Below the pieces are notes generated by a model. That model was not told the DNA's origin, searched no databases, and saw only the letters and a list, made by a program, of their open reading frames with translations. From contig OX597824.1 of the NCBI GenBank assembly GCA_951406725.2, positions 17,422,001 through 17,486,000 of the forward strand: 64,000 bases of DNA, in the 5' to 3' direction. Origin of the DNA: Octopus vulgaris. Lineage: Eukaryota. The number at the start of each line of letters is the position of its first letter. Within the stretch, counting starts at the first letter, position 1. Below, piece by piece: positions 26,764 through 42,095 of the stretch. The translations under genes were made by a program, and so were the position numbers.

Positions 26764-27530
26764 ATACTATAAGAAAATTGCACAATTACCGCACAGTAGA
26801 TTTCTGGTTCAGTAACATCTCTGTAGCGCCTTGGACAAAAGACTTCTTCCATAACCCCGAGACAAACAATGCCTCGTGGTGGAATTTAGGTGGAAACTAT
26901 GCTGAAGCAGATCGTATATAAATACATGTGACAAGAACTTACATCAGTTGAGTAATTCCTTAACAACTGTATTATGTGAAATACTCAATGATGTCGGTTT
27001 TACTCGTTATCCTGTATCACATCCGTTACACGTTCTGCAATAGAATGTAAATCTATGTTTTTATAAGTACATACGTCGAGACTATTGCTTCATTCAATGT
27101 GCAGGTCAGTCCCACCCGCCAAGAGTCCGGCTCTAAGTTTCACTGGAAACGTGACCCAGTTCTTCGGCTGTTGAACAACTAAGTAAGCAACATTAGCGAA
27201 ATGGGTTTGAGTCTCTTTGAACTGCATCCTGTCTGTATAATTGTCCTCTTGTTTCGTCAACGCTAAATAAACAATTGTATACACATACACATGTACACAC
27301 ATACATACATACATAGACAAATACGTACATACATATATTCATGTACATGTTCATGCGTTTATGTGTGTATATAAACTCATGCGTATGTATCAGAAAACAT
27401 GAACGACTTTCAGATTGAGTGTTTATTTAAGAGGTTATTAGTGTAAATATGGTGTGTATATGTGTGTGTATACGCAAATATATATATACATACACACATA
27501 CTCATATATATATACATGGATATATATATA

Positions 27531-27569
<39 letters not shown>

Positions 27570-27763
27570 TCATTTTTATACTCACACACCCACACACTCC
27601 CCCCAGACATATGTATTCCGTTTGCACATATCCGTATTCATAAATTCCATCTGCGCACACAAACGAGCGGAAAATATGCTTTCGTACTTCTCCAGGGGTA
27701 ATGTCTTTCGTACTCCATTTGTGAATATCAATTATCAGACAGAAATAATCAGCAATTGACTTC

Positions 27764-27794
<31 letters not shown>

Positions 27795-27895
27795 CATCAA
27801 TTAAGTCTATGACTATTACACACATCTATGTATGCAATAATGTGTGTATATACATACAAACACACACATATATATTTACATACACGCAAATCTAA

Positions 27896-28037
<142 letters not shown>

Positions 28038-28042
28038 GTATG

Positions 28043-28099
<57 letters not shown>

Positions 28100-28789
28100 G
28101 TATACATATAAATATACATATGTATATATATAATTAAGTGCGCGCGCACATTCGGTAAATTCGGATGAATAAATATTTGTTCTCATATTATATAAATATG
28201 CGCGTGTGTGTATTTTCTGTGAGTATGTATGTGTATGTTTAAGGGCGGATACGCACATAGATCTCTGTGCGCAAATGCAAACATACATATCATCGTATAC
28301 GCACAAACGCATACTTCGATGCGTGCGCATTTGTGTTTTTTTCCAATGGAGTAAATATTAGAAGAGAGAAAGAGAAAGAAAGCAAGAAGCAAAATGGAGA
28401 TACCTTAAAAGATATACTCACGCAACGCATGCGCATATAAACACAGAAACATACATAATCAAAATACACAGAGGAATGGATGAATAAATATTTACTCCTG
28501 CTCAAGTATATGGGTTGTGAATATAAACCTATTAATACATGTACATCCGCGCACACGAATGAATTCGTATACATTCGTATGTATACTTTTTTCTCAGTAA
28601 TATACGAATGAATGAAGAGACGTCTGGTTTTCTATGATGGCATAAATATGAAAAGTATTAAGAAAAGGGGTTTAAAGAGAAAATGATGAATCGGGGACGA
28701 GGAAGGACATCAAGAGACAGAGAGATAAGTCAAGTCAAGTAAATCACACACACACACATACACACACGCACACTCACACACACACACAG

Positions 28790-28992
28790 CCGTTCAAGAA
28801 TTTGGACCTGGAGATCTCCATTTACAGCGACTTCGAGGGCCACCTCCCAGTGGTGTCGGGCCTTCAACGAAGAGCCCTCGACGACCAAAGCTTTTTTTCC
28901 AAGGTCTGGGGTCTCCCGCCCCTAAGCCCTAGACCATCACCTAATCACCCTTACCCGTCTTGTTGCTTAACAACAACAACAACAACAACAAC
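28790..28992 (+). mobile_element. Possible decayed LINE 3' end with (CAA)n tail
   Basis: GC-rich island, hairpin GGTCTGGGG/CCCTAGACC, then (CAA)n; no convincing protein match. Confidence 0.25.
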
Positions 28993-29324
28993 GCTCACCC
29001 ACAAGACTGGTTTCATTGTGTTGTACATCGAATCCGATTATGCCCTTTTTATCGTTTAAGTATATCCTAAAAACAAGATGGACATCTTTGATGAAAATAT
29101 ATCCCAGTCCTTCATGTACACCATTGGTCGTAGACTAAATAAGTAAATATTTTATTAGAGAGACCAGTTGAAACACCGGAAAATACCACTTTACACGATT
29201 TTTCTTGTGGAGCTAAGTACCTTACCAGTGCACGGCTTTCTTCTTTCTTCAACAGAAACCACAAAATCATTTGGCATTTAGTGATATGTTCTAATCTAGA
29301 AACCATGATGCTTCTCTTCTGTTT

Positions 29325-29915
29325 TTGATTCGACGGTCACTCGGAATGCTCACAGCAGCCATATTCCTACCGCTCTATGTCACGCTGGTGAAACCCATAT
29401 TGGAGTACGGGATTCAAGCCTGTTCTCCTTATCTCCTCAAAGACATACATCATCTCGAAAGAGTCCAGAAGCTGGCTACCCGCATGGTTCTTGGTCTCAA
29501 GCATTTGTCTTATGAAGAAAGGCTGAAGACGCTCGACTTTTATTCTCTAGAAAAACGACGACGCCATGGTGATCTCATTCTTGCTCACAACATCATAAGC
29601 GGAAAGTGTAACCTCTCGAAAGAGCTGTTCTTCACTCCTGCTCCAGAGCATCGGCTGCGGGGCCACTCCGAAAAGCTCTACCTGCGACGATTTCATCTCA
29701 ATCGAAGGAGAGGGCTTTCTCCGTCCGGGTTGCGGATCCGTGGAATAAGCTGCCGGACGAGATAGTGAAGATGCCGACGACCGCTCGGTTCAAAGTCTCT
29801 CTTGACCAGAAATGGCCTGAACTCTTTGCATGAACACCACCCTGTACATAACTCCATGTTCCCCTACATGGCCTTGCTTTTTGCTTTTTGAGCCAAAAAA
29901 TTAACTTAGCTTAAC
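29325..29915 (+). mobile_element. CR1-clade LINE 3' fragment (ORF2 C-terminus + 3' UTR)
   Basis: LYVTLVKPILEYG...SPYLLKDIHHLERVQKLATRMV.GLKHLSYEERLKTL..YSLEKRR..GDLI; after a frameshift FSVRVADPWNKLP...FKVSLD, stop at ~29833. Confidence 0.9.
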
Positions 29916-30837
29916 TTTCTTGAAGTAAGTTTTCAGCTCGTCTTTGAGTAGATTGCTGGTCGTTCAGCCTCGCTTAGACTATGATGTGGCTGATCTTAGA
30001 GGGTCTTACTCGGTGACATAAGTCAGACACACACAAATGTGAGTCTCAGGTACTTTAGTTTAAGCCTACATAATAATTCAATACTGCTGGTGTTGGTTTG
30101 ACGGCGGTTTTCTTTCTACATTACGTGGACAGTGAATGATAGGACATTACGGATACACTAGAAGCAAAAGGTCTCCATTGTTAATCAGTCGGCTGTATAG
30201 AGTGTATGCCACATTCCCATAAGGAATATATAAAAAACAAACGCGTTGGCAACAAATCTACATTAATTTTACCATTCAGTCGCGGAAGGGGGATACCAGG
30301 ACCCAGGACCTTTTATGCTTGGTTGTCGTTGGGACTGGCGTGAAGAAGATAAGATATTTTCCTCAGATTAGTTATGATTTCAAAACTTGTGTTATGATTC
30401 CAAAACTTGGAGTGGACGCTGTTAAATGCCTGGGGTCGATTTGCTCAACTAAAGGCGGTGCTCCAGCATGGCCGCTGCCAAATGACTGAAACAAGTAAAA
30501 GAGTAAACATGCATACATTCATACATACATATTTATGGCGGTGAGTATGTGTGTGTCTGCTTTGTAGACCGAATACTGTGTGCGTGTGTGTCTCCAATTA
30601 TACATGCACGCATAACACGCACAAAAAAAAAACACAACATACAAACACATCAACACATTAGCACGGAAACGCACATCATATCAAAACACACCAACACAAA
30701 CACACTAGTATACTGACACACTGATAAGCATACTAAAACACTAACACACTAACAAACACACACACACCTACACGTAAACACACACATTTCAAAAGTCAAA
30801 CCAAATTACTAATACCACATGACATACAGGAACTTGT

Positions 30838-31150
30838 ACTCCGTCGGTTACAGCGACGAGTGTCCAATTAGAGCCCATCAACGTGAACAGCTTGCACGTG
30901 AAATTAACATGCAAGTGGCTGAGTACTCCACAGACACGCGTACATTTAATGTAGATTTTCGAGAAGATTCAGCATGACACAGAATGTGACAAGGCTGGTC
31001 CTTTGAAATACAGGTACAACTCACTTTTTGCAAGTTGAATAAACTGGAGTCACGTGAAATAAAATCTCTTGCTCAAGGATACAACGATCTCCCGAGTATC
31101 GAACTCAAGACTGTGTGATCGTGAGTTCAGTACCCTCACTACTACGTGAC
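30838..31150 (-). mobile_element. Diverged SINE C
   Basis: Reverse complement of the C tail (CTCCGTCGGTTAC...) through the CORE-like region to the head. Confidence 0.75.
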
Positions 31151-31174
31151 GAACACACCAATACGAAGATATTG

Positions 31175-31640
31175 CTACACCAACACATTAATCAACACAG
31201 CGAATCATATTAACACACCAATACAAACACACTAGTACACCAACAGATTGATAAACACACCGACTAACATTAATACTCCTATGCAAAAAACATTAGTACA
31301 CCGGCACATTAACACACCAATACAAACACATTCGTTCACCAAACACATTAATAAACCCACCGACTCGCATTAACACGCCATTACAAACACACGGGCACAC
31401 CAACATATTAATAAACACAGCGAATCACATTAACACACCAATACAAACACACTAGTACACCAACACATTGATAAACACACCGACTAACATTAATACTCCT
31501 ATACAAAAACATTAGTACACCGGCACATTAACACACCAATACAAACACATTCGTTCACCAAACACATTAATAAACCCACCGACTCGCATTAACACACCAA
31601 TACAAACACACCGGCACACCAACACTTTAATAAACACAGA
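31175..31640. repeat. A/C-rich minisatellite, ~220-bp higher-order unit of ~50-60-bp monomers
   Basis: CGAATCA(T/C)ATTAACACACCAATACAAACACACTAGTACACC at 31201 and 31421; internal monomers recur. Confidence 0.85.
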
Positions 31641-32423
31641 TACATGAACACAGCAAATAGCCAACACCCGCAAAAGAGAAAAAAACGCTGTAACATTCAG
31701 ACACAGAAATATTCCTCCGACACGGCAACATCACAAACGTACCATTACACCAGTGCTCCAACAGACGCTACGAGCACAACCTATATACAAACACCACTGC
31801 CAAAACCACCACCACATCCGCTAGGCACATACACATATACACATACAGCATGAATATACTTAGTGAGAGTGTGTGAGCGAGAGAGGGGGTGCGAGAGAGA
31901 GAGAGAGAGGCCTATACGCAAAAACATGTCGCGTCGGAGACCAGAGGAATGTTTTAACTGGACGTTGACGTCGTTTCGGCTAATAGGGTGTTGACTGGGA
32001 TCTAGGTCAGCCAACTGTGTGTATGATTACATAACTGTAATGGCGTGATGCTGGGATGGATGGATGGATGGATGGGGTGGGTGGGAGGGTGACGGCGGCG
32101 GCGGCGGCGGCGGAGGTGGCGGTGGCGGTGTCGGCGGTAGCAATGGCCTGGTGGTAGTGATTGGGGTTGGGGGGCAGTACTGGTACAGTCGTGGTGGGTG
32201 TGTGGGTGGGGTGGTGGGGGGTCTTCGGGGAAATGGTGGCGGCGGCGGCGGCGGCGGTGGTGGTGGTGGTGGTGGTGGTGGTGGTGGTGGTGGTGGTGGT
32301 GTTGGTAGACCGTTCCACTTCGACACCTAAATGGTTGGGCGCTGTTGAAGCTGTCTGCTAATCTTGATGTCTGCATGCGTAGTTGTGTACGTACGTTGTG
32401 TACGTACGTGGTGAACGTACGTG

Positions 32424-32466
<43 letters not shown>

Positions 32467-33347
32467 TATGTGTGTGTTTCCGGGTGCACGTACGTGGTGT
32501 GAGTGTGTGTGTGTGTGTGCGTGTGTTTGTTATGCAATCTTGTTGGAAATATCCAAATGTTACAGAAAAAAACATACGCATGGCGGTACTCCAGCATGGC
32601 CACATTCATAGGACTGAAACATTTAAACAAATAAAAGAAATACACATTAGCGTAAGTATTCCGGCCGCACACACACATACACACACACATACATACATAC
32701 AAACATTAATACATACACACATACATATGGACATACATACATGCACACATACATACATACATGCATACATACACACACATACATACACACATACATACAT
32801 ACATACATACATACATACATACATACAAACATTAATACATACACACATACATATGTACATACATACATGCACACACACATACATACACACATGTACATAC
32901 ATACATACATACACACACACACATACATACAGACATTAATACATGCACACACACATACACACACACATGCATACATACATACACGCACACATACATACAT
33001 ACATACATACACACACACATGCATACATACATTCACACATACACACATACATACATACATACACACACATGCATACATACATTCACACATATATACACAC
33101 ATATATACATGTGTTCCTATATGTTCTTTTCTTTTATTCGTTCATTTGTTTCAGTCATTTGACTGCGGCCATACTAGAGCACCCCCTGTAGTCAAGCAAA
33201 TCGACCGCAGGACTTACTATTTCAAGCCTAATATTTATTCTCTTTGCCGAATTGCTAGATTTTAAGTGATTGGGTGGGGGTGGGGGGGATACAGACACAC
33301 AAATACATACATACATACATGAACATTATATATAGATATAAATATAA

Positions 33348-33407
<60 letters not shown>

Positions 33408-33420
33408 TTGTGTCTGTGTG

Positions 33421-33540
33421 TAGTTGAAATTTACAGAAAATAAAAGACGAGAACAGGTGTATGAACAACAATCAGGTGTTTTAATTTGACCCCTAAGAAA
33501 GTGAGGAGGTATTTTACGTTTCGAGCCTACAGAAAGGAAC
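33421..33540 (-). mobile_element. Penelope-like tail fragment with partial hammerhead
   Basis: Minus strand GGCTC-GAAAC-GTA; no CUGANGA adjacent; related short fragment at ~35750-35790. Confidence 0.35.
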
Positions 33541-33952
33541 AGGAGTGGCTGTGTGGTAAGTAGCTTGCTAACCAACCACATGGTTCCGGGTTCAGTCCCA
33601 CTGCGTGGCATCTTGGGCAAGTGTCTTCTGCTATAGCCCCGGGCCGACCAATGCCTTGTGAGTGGATTTGGTAGACGGAAACTGAAAGAAGCCTGTCGTA
33701 TATATGTATATATATATATATATATATGTATGTGTATGTGTTTGTGTATCAGTGTTTGTCCCCCTAGCATTGCCTGACAACCGATGCTGGTGTGTTTATG
33801 TCCCCGTTATGTTGCGGTTCGGCAAAAGAGACCGATAGAATAAGTACTGGGCTTACAAAATGAATAAGTCCCGGGGTCGAGTTGCTCGATTAAAGACGGT
33901 GCTCCAGCATGGCCGCAGTCAAATGACTGAAACAAGTAAAAGAGTAAAAGAG
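33540..33952 (+). mobile_element. SINE A, full length
   Basis: Family match; minus-strand A pieces lie at 33130-33300 and 33995-34070. Confidence 0.9.
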
Positions 33953-34382
33953 TATATATGCATCTACATAAATATATATATGGTCGGTTCGATACTATAG
34001 TTTGGAGAGACATGCCCAAGGTGCCACGCAGTGGGACTGAAGCAAGCTTTTTACCACACAGCTGCGCCTGGGCCTATTGCCATTACAAAAGGATATTGTT
34101 GACTTTGACTTCAAGCCATCGAGAGATGGCTTAAATAGCCTTAACTTCGAAGTCGCTATCAAAAACATTCCTGTTTTAGAATAATAATTTTGTACTGAAG
34201 CAAAATATTAGTGTGCAAAATGTTTTTATTGTAATTGAAAATAAAAGGAAACACTAAAACATGTATGTGTGTATGTGTGTGCCTGTGTGTATGTGTGTGT
34301 GTGTATATATATATATATGTATATATATACATACACACACACACACACACATATATATGTATATATATATGTATATATATGG

Positions 34383-34421
<39 letters not shown>

Positions 34422-34625
34422 CATATGACCACAAGTACTATATATGACAAAAAAAGGAACAGACCCCACAAGGGGATTCAAGGAAGGCATTTATCGCCCC
34501 CAAATCTTACTCGTATCCGTTGTGTGTGTGTGAGTGTGTGATTGTGTGAAAGCGTGTATACACATGCGTGTTTATATATACATGTGTATGTGTATTTACA
34601 AATACGCATGTATATATATATATTT

Positions 34626-34658
<33 letters not shown>

Positions 34659-34667
34659 CATACATAC

Positions 34668-34757
<90 letters not shown>

Positions 34758-34884
34758 CTTTATTTAAAGCAGCAGAAAATTCAACAAAACCTGTTACTCT
34801 GAGTTTCGCGTTGCATATTACTCTACCGCTGGTATTTGAGTACTCTTTTCCACCTTGTTTCACATTTATGTGTTTACTGCGGTA

Positions 34885-34940
<56 letters not shown>

Positions 34941-34953
34941 AACACAAATACAC

Positions 34954-34987
<34 letters not shown>

Positions 34988-35563
34988 TGTGTGTTTTCAT
35001 CTACACACACACTCACACTACTCATACACACATACAGGCATTCACAGAAGCCGTGTAAGACAAAGAAGAAAAATAATGGCGAGATAATGGATGAAAGAGA
35101 CGTACAAAGCACAGCGGGGAAAAAAAGTAAATATATTAATATAGGAATGAAGTGATAAAGGAACAACACTGTTGCGAAATAATTAGAAGAGGAAAAAAGA
35201 AGAAAACCAAAAAAAAAAAAAAAATTGGGGGAAAATTACAAATAATTATGCAAATACTGTATTTGAAGAATTATTACGAAAATGGTTTTGTCTGGAGAAG
35301 GAGAGGCTTGTCTCTCAGTTATTTAGCATCTCTCTTTCTCCCTCATCCTTTTCTCTTCTCTCCCTCTCTCTCTCTCCGTGTCTTTTGTCTTCTCTCATTC
35401 TTCTCTCTCTCTCTCTCTGTCTCTCTGTCTCTCTCTCTCACTTTACGTGTTATTCTATGTGTGTCTGTCACTCACGTGCCTGATTATTTGTCTGTCTGTC
35501 AGTCTCTCTGTTTCTCCCTCTCTCTCTCTCTCTCCCCTCTCTCTCTCTCTCTTTCTCTCTCTA

Positions 35564-35594
<31 letters not shown>

Positions 35595-36060
35595 GTTCCT
35601 CTCTTACATGCAGACAGCCTTTCGCTATTTTGTCAATTTTTCATACTTTCTCCCTTTCTCTCTCTCTCTGTCTCTCTCTGCCTGCTATTGTGTTTCTTTA
35701 TGTATTCCTATTTTCCATGTATGTATGTATGATGTATGTCTATATATATATAGGGAGAATTCATAAGAAAACAAAAGATGAAGACAGGAAACATATATAT
35801 ATATATATATATATACACGGTAATGTCTAAGTCTATATGGAGGACGTGACATCAGGGTAGGGAAGGTAAGAAGTGACTACCGAAATCAAAAATCAATAAC
35901 ATTGATGACTGAATTAAGTGTACGTGGTATGTATATGTGTATGTATGTATATATTTATATATATACATACATTGACATAGATATATACATATATATATAT
36001 AGGGATATATATGTATGTATATACATATATATACATGTATATCACACACACACACACATA

Positions 36061-36091
<31 letters not shown>

Positions 36092-36110
36092 ATATATATA
36101 TATGTATGTT

Positions 36111-36152
<42 letters not shown>

Positions 36153-36185
36153 CATATATATATATACATACATTTATATATATAT

Positions 36186-36495
36186 GATGAGACCGCCTTC
36201 GGATATAAATAAGCAAAGGATTGCACCTAGAAATTTACCCTCCGAGGCACAAGTCTGAGCAAGGTTGTTTTTATGGAAGACCAGCAGTCGCCCATGCATA
36301 TAAGGCCTCCCCTCTCCACACCACTGATGTTATCCAAGGGAAAGGTAAAGGGTCCAATACAGCTTGGCACCAGTGATGTCGCAACTCTTTTCTACAGCTG
36401 AGTTAACTGGAACAAGGTGAAATAAATTGTCTTGCTCAAGAACACAACACGCAGCCCAGTCCGAGAATCAAAATCGCAACTTCACGATCGTAAGG
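36186..36495 (-). mobile_element. CORE-like SINE with tail type 4
   Basis: C-like centre (TGTCTTGCTCAAGAACACAAC on +) joined to a tail unlike types 1-3. Confidence 0.65.
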
Positions 36496-36739
36496 ATATA
36501 AACGTGCATGTAGAGATTCCTATAGACATATACACAGAGAGACAACGAAAGGAATGGTACCTTATTTATCGACCTCTTATGTATACATACGCATACATAG
36601 ATCCATGCTAATGCACGGGTGTGTGAGTTTTTATGACTGCATGTGTATGTGTGTGAGTTTATGTGACTGCATGTGTGTCTTTGTGTGTATGTATGCGTGT
36701 GTGTGGGTGCGTGCGGTGTTCCTCCTTATATTCTCTCTC

Positions 36740-37145
36740 TTTTTCTCTTTTTACTTGTTTCAGTCATTTTGACTGCGGCCATGCTGGTGCACCGCCTTTA
36801 ATCGAGCAACTCGACTCCGGGACTTATTCTTTGTAAGCCTAGAATATATTCTATCGGTCTCTTTTGCCGAACCGCTAGGTGACGGGGACACAAACATACC
36901 AGCATCGGTTGTCAAGCAATGCTAGGGGGACAAACACAGACACACAAACATACACGCACATACATATATATACATATATACGACGGGCTTCTTTCAGTTT
37001 CCGTCTACCAAATCCACTCACAAGGCTTTGGTCGGCCCGAGGCTATAGTAGAAGAAACTTGCCCAAGGTGCCACGCAGTGGGACTGAACCCGGAACCATG
37101 TGGTTGGTAAACAAGCTACTTACCACACAGCCACTCCTGCGCCTA
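36740..37145 (-). mobile_element. SINE A, full length
   Basis: Family match. Confidence 0.9.
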
Positions 37146-37460
37146 CATATATGCAAAATATATTTTTCGTCTTTTCTCGTCGTTGCTACAACCTGCTTTA
37201 AACTATGGAACAAACTTAGAGTGAATTGAGATATACCCCGCAACTATAACTTCGATCCTCCAAAAAACAAATGGATTTAACCTAGCACTGATAACCCACC
37301 GACTCACAACGTTGTAATTAAATCGGTTCGAACTTTAAATTAGTGAATATTTTTCTGAAGCCAAAGCGATTTGAACTCTCACTGCATTTTGAGACCAGAA
37401 AATGAAACAAAGAATCAGCACCAAATGCCGATTGTAGCTTGTTTGATGTTTTACTCAGCC

Positions 37461-37786
37461 GTGAAGGTGCGTGGCTTAGTGGTTAGGGCATTCGGCTCGC
37501 GATTGTAAGGTCGTGAGTTGGATTCCCGGCGACGCGTTGAGTCCTTGAGCAAGACACTTTATTTCACGTTGCTCCAGTCCACTCAGCTGGCAAAAATGAG
37601 TTGTACCTGTATTTCAAAGGGGCCAGCCTTGTCACACTCTGTGTCACGCTGAATCTCCCTGAGAACTACGTTATGGGTACGCGTGTCTGTGGATTGCTCA
37701 GTCACTTCCACGTTAATAAATAAGCAGGCTATTCCGTTGATCGTATCAACTGGGACCCTCGTCGTCGTAACCGACGGAGTGCTCCC
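37461..37786 (+). mobile_element. SINE C, full length
   Basis: 12-bp TSD TTTTACTCAGCC at 37449 and 37787. Confidence 0.9.
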
Positions 37787-38460
37787 TTTTACTCAGCCAA
37801 TCAACTAATCTTGTCGGAATTCTATGCCACAAGAAAGGCTTCGAGCACACATACATATTCCTTAAAAGTAAGGCCTCTGTTTCTTCGTATTTTTGGTGGA
37901 TATTAGCTGACATGTATACATATCTTATCTGGATTATTGACGTATATATTGAGATCCGGTTTACTCTGAGATAATCAGATATGATATGCTGCTTATCACG
38001 ACGGTAATCCCTTCGAAAATAACTATATAATAATTCCTGACATAAGTTTTGGCTCCTGCTGTTGTTAATGTTGCTGGTATTCTTTAACCCGGATCGAGTA
38101 GACCTTCATCAAAGTATATCCATCTGTAATCATCCAGTCTTTCTGGAATTTTCTAAGATGATATTATCTTACGTGACTTTCGGTCTTATCTTATTTACTA
38201 ATTCTAATAAACAGCGATGTGGTAGCTATTTCTAGCTGGTCAGGCAGCCACATGCACATTTACATGTAGATTCGGCCTGGTTCGTTATACCAGTACCGGT
38301 GCACACGTGTTGAATGTGCAGAGATGTTAAATTTTGATTGGTTGAACAACAGAGGACGGCTATTTAAATATGCAATTAGCGATTCCCATCATATATGCAC
38401 CTGGGCCTACATGATGAAAAAAAAAAAAAGAAACATTGTACTGGTGATAAAACAAAGATG

Positions 38461-39061
38461 AAGGCGGCGAGATGCCAGAAACTTTAGCACGCCGGGCGAA
38501 ATGTGTAGCCGTATTTCGTCTGCCGTTACATTCTGAGTTCAAATTCCACCGAGGTTGACTTTGCCTTTCATCCTTTCGGGGTCGATAAATTATGTACCAG
38601 TTACGCACTGAGGTCGATGTAATCGACTTAATCCCTTTGTCTGTCCTTGTTTGTTCCCTCTGTGTTTAGCCCCTTGTGAGTAGTAAAGAAATAGGTATTT
38701 CGTCTGCCGTTACGTTCCGAGTTCAAATTCCGCCGAGCTCGACGTTGCCTTTCATCCTTTCGGGGTTGATAAATTAAGTACCAGCTACGCACTGAGGTTG
38801 ATGTAATCGACTTAATCCGTTTGTATGTCCTTGTTTGTCCCCTCTGTGTTTAGCCCCTTGTGGGTAGTAAAGAAATAGGTATTTCGTCTGCCGTTACGTT
38901 CCGAGTTCAAATTCCGCCGAGGTCGATTTTGCCTTTCATCCTTTCGGGGTTGATAAATTAAGTACCAGCTACGCACTGAGGTCGATGTAATCGACTTAAT
39001 CCGTTTGTCTGTCCTTGTTTGTCCCCTCTGTGTTTAGCCCCTTGTGGGCAATAAAGAAACA
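38461..39061 (+). mobile_element. SINE B tandem array (head + three 184-bp units)
   Basis: GTATTTCGTCTGCCG at 38511, 38695 and 38879 (period 184). Confidence 0.9.
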
Positions 39062-39669
39062 GATAAACCAAAGATGGCAGTGCATTTGGAATTGCTAAAT
39101 ACATTTGGTGATACCCTGCCTATGTTTGGAATGCAAATGAATCACTTATTAAATGGCGATATAGTAATAAGTAACAGGGATATCACCATGAGCCCATATT
39201 AATATCTATTTCAGTTTAAGAAGTGATAGGAGAGCTATTGGCGAAGAAACGTTAAATATTATTGAGAGACTGGGCTCGGGTGGAAATGCCGTCTGGTTTA
39301 AATTACAAAAGTCGAAGACAACCTTCTCTGACAGCTGGTAACACATAAGGCATGGATGTCTATCTAGCTTGATTTGAAAAATCTAGGTTACTGTTATGTT
39401 TTGCTAAAGTACACAGGAAAAATGTATGAGTTCAGCTAATGGTGTACTTCTTAACATAGAAAGCAATAATATTTTGATGGTGCATTTATTGTTATGATTA
39501 TATATCACACACATTCTTATATGTATATGTGTGTACATATACACATATATGTATTTACGTATAGACATATATAGGTATATATATATATATACATACATAC
39601 ATACATACACACACATATGTATGTATATATCTATATATACATACATGCATACATACATACATACATACA

Positions 39670-39702
<33 letters not shown>

Positions 39703-40088
39703 GTATATATGTGTGTATGTGTGTGTGTTTGCGTTTTATATATGTATATAGGCGGTAACATTTTTGCTGCTATAACATGGCTGTTCTATACAGAACTATG
39801 TTGCTACATTTTACCCCAAGAAAACCGTATTTTCCAGCTGGTTTACGACACACAGCCTTTGTCCGATATAATGTAAGCTAGGCAGCGAATCACTCCCCAG
39901 CAGCCTTAAAACCAGCTACTTTGCTCGTTCTATATATATATATATGGATGGATGGATGGATGGATGGATGAAAACAGTTTGATTGAAACTCCTTGATACT
40001 CGACCTCGGCGGAATTTGAACTCAGAACGTAGCGGCAGACGAAATACCACAAAACATTTCGCCCGGTGTGCAAACATATATATATAAT

Positions 40089-40335
40089 AAATGCGTCCTT
40101 TTAAAGCCTAGCCAGGCTCATGGGCTCGGTTTCCCGGTTTCTATGGCATATGTGTTCCCCAGCTGGATGGGACGCCAGTCCATCGCAGCGTTACTCATTT
40201 TTGCCAGCTGAGTGGACTGGAGCAACGTGAAATGAAGTGTTTTGCTCAAGAACATAACGCGTCGCCCGGTCCAGGAATCGAAACCACAATCTTAGGATCA
40301 TAGTGCTGACACTCTAACCACTAAGCCACGCGCCT

Positions 40336-40338
<3 letters not shown>
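40089..40338 (-). mobile_element. SINE with C-type head/CORE-like centre and tail type 2
   Basis: Tail GCCATAGAAACCGGGAAACCGAGCCCATGAGCC shared with the D-headed element at 14.6 kb. Confidence 0.85.
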
Positions 40339-40421
<83 letters not shown>

Positions 40422-40429
40422 TGGTTTCG

Positions 40430-40637
40430 TATTTTGGAAAAAGGCCAGTAGTTTCTGAGGTTCGGGTAAATCGATTAATTTGACCCCAGTGCTCAACAAG
40501 TACTTATCTTAACAACCCAGATTTCATGAAAAACAAAGTCGACTTAGGCGGAACTCGAACTCAGAACGTAGTGGCGGACAAAATGACGCTAAGCTTTTTA
40601 ACCGACGTGCTCAACTATTCTGTCAGCTCGCCGCCCT
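40430..40637 (-). mobile_element. Diverged SINE B-type copy
   Basis: B head and body with the alternative tail. Confidence 0.7.
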
Positions 40638-41049
40638 ACACACACATTATATATATACAACATATAATGTGGAGGCGTTTTATGGTTGAACGGTGAATGT
40701 TTTGACTTCGCAACGAGAAGGCCCCAAGTTCGATGCAACTGCGTAGGAACATCAACAGCTGTCATTTTTCTATACCTTCTGGTAAAGCTATTGCTCCTGA
40801 CGGAAATTTGCTAAACAGAATCGGCGCAGAATGATGTCATATAGATTGTAAATGTAATTCCAAAGCTTCAGACCTCAAACATGCCGTGTCACGCTGCTTT
40901 CACCAGAGAATTACAGAATTACGTTAAGAGTACATGTGTCTGTGGAATGCTGAGAGACGTTATTAATTCAAAAGCAGATTGAACGATGGAGAGCAGTCAC
41001 CCTATATAGTCTGTCTGTTCCTCCCCCTCTCTCTCTCTCTCTCTCTTTC

Positions 41050-41609
<560 letters not shown>

Positions 41610-42048
41610 CTTTATTGCCCACAAGGGGTTACATATAGAGGGGGGGAACAAGGACAGAGAAAGGGATTAGGTCGATTACATCGATCCCAGTGCGCGTCTG
41701 GTGCTTAATTTATCGATCCCGAAAGTATGAAAGGCATTGTCGACCTCGGCATATAGCCAAACACTCAGTCAGTTACGATGACAAGGGCTCCAGGTGATTC
41801 GAACAACGGAACAGCCTGCTCGTGAAATTAACGCGCAAGTGGCCGAACAGCGCGTGTCATTGCCGAGTTTTTAGAGAGTTTCACCGTGACAGAGAGCTGA
41901 GTGGGCTGGAGCAACGTGAAAGAAAGAGTCTTGTCGGTCAAGAAGGCAACGCGTCACTGTGAATCCAACTTACGGCTTTACGACCTTGAGCCGAATACCC
42001 TAATCATTATGCAACGCACCCTCACATCTCTCTCTCTCTCTCTCACTC

Positions 42049-42095
<47 letters not shown>

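Noticed and set aside
27106-27183. Possible + strand exon (CAG|GTC...TAA|GTAAGC)
   Set aside because: All frames hit a stop by the donor site; no recognisable peptide.
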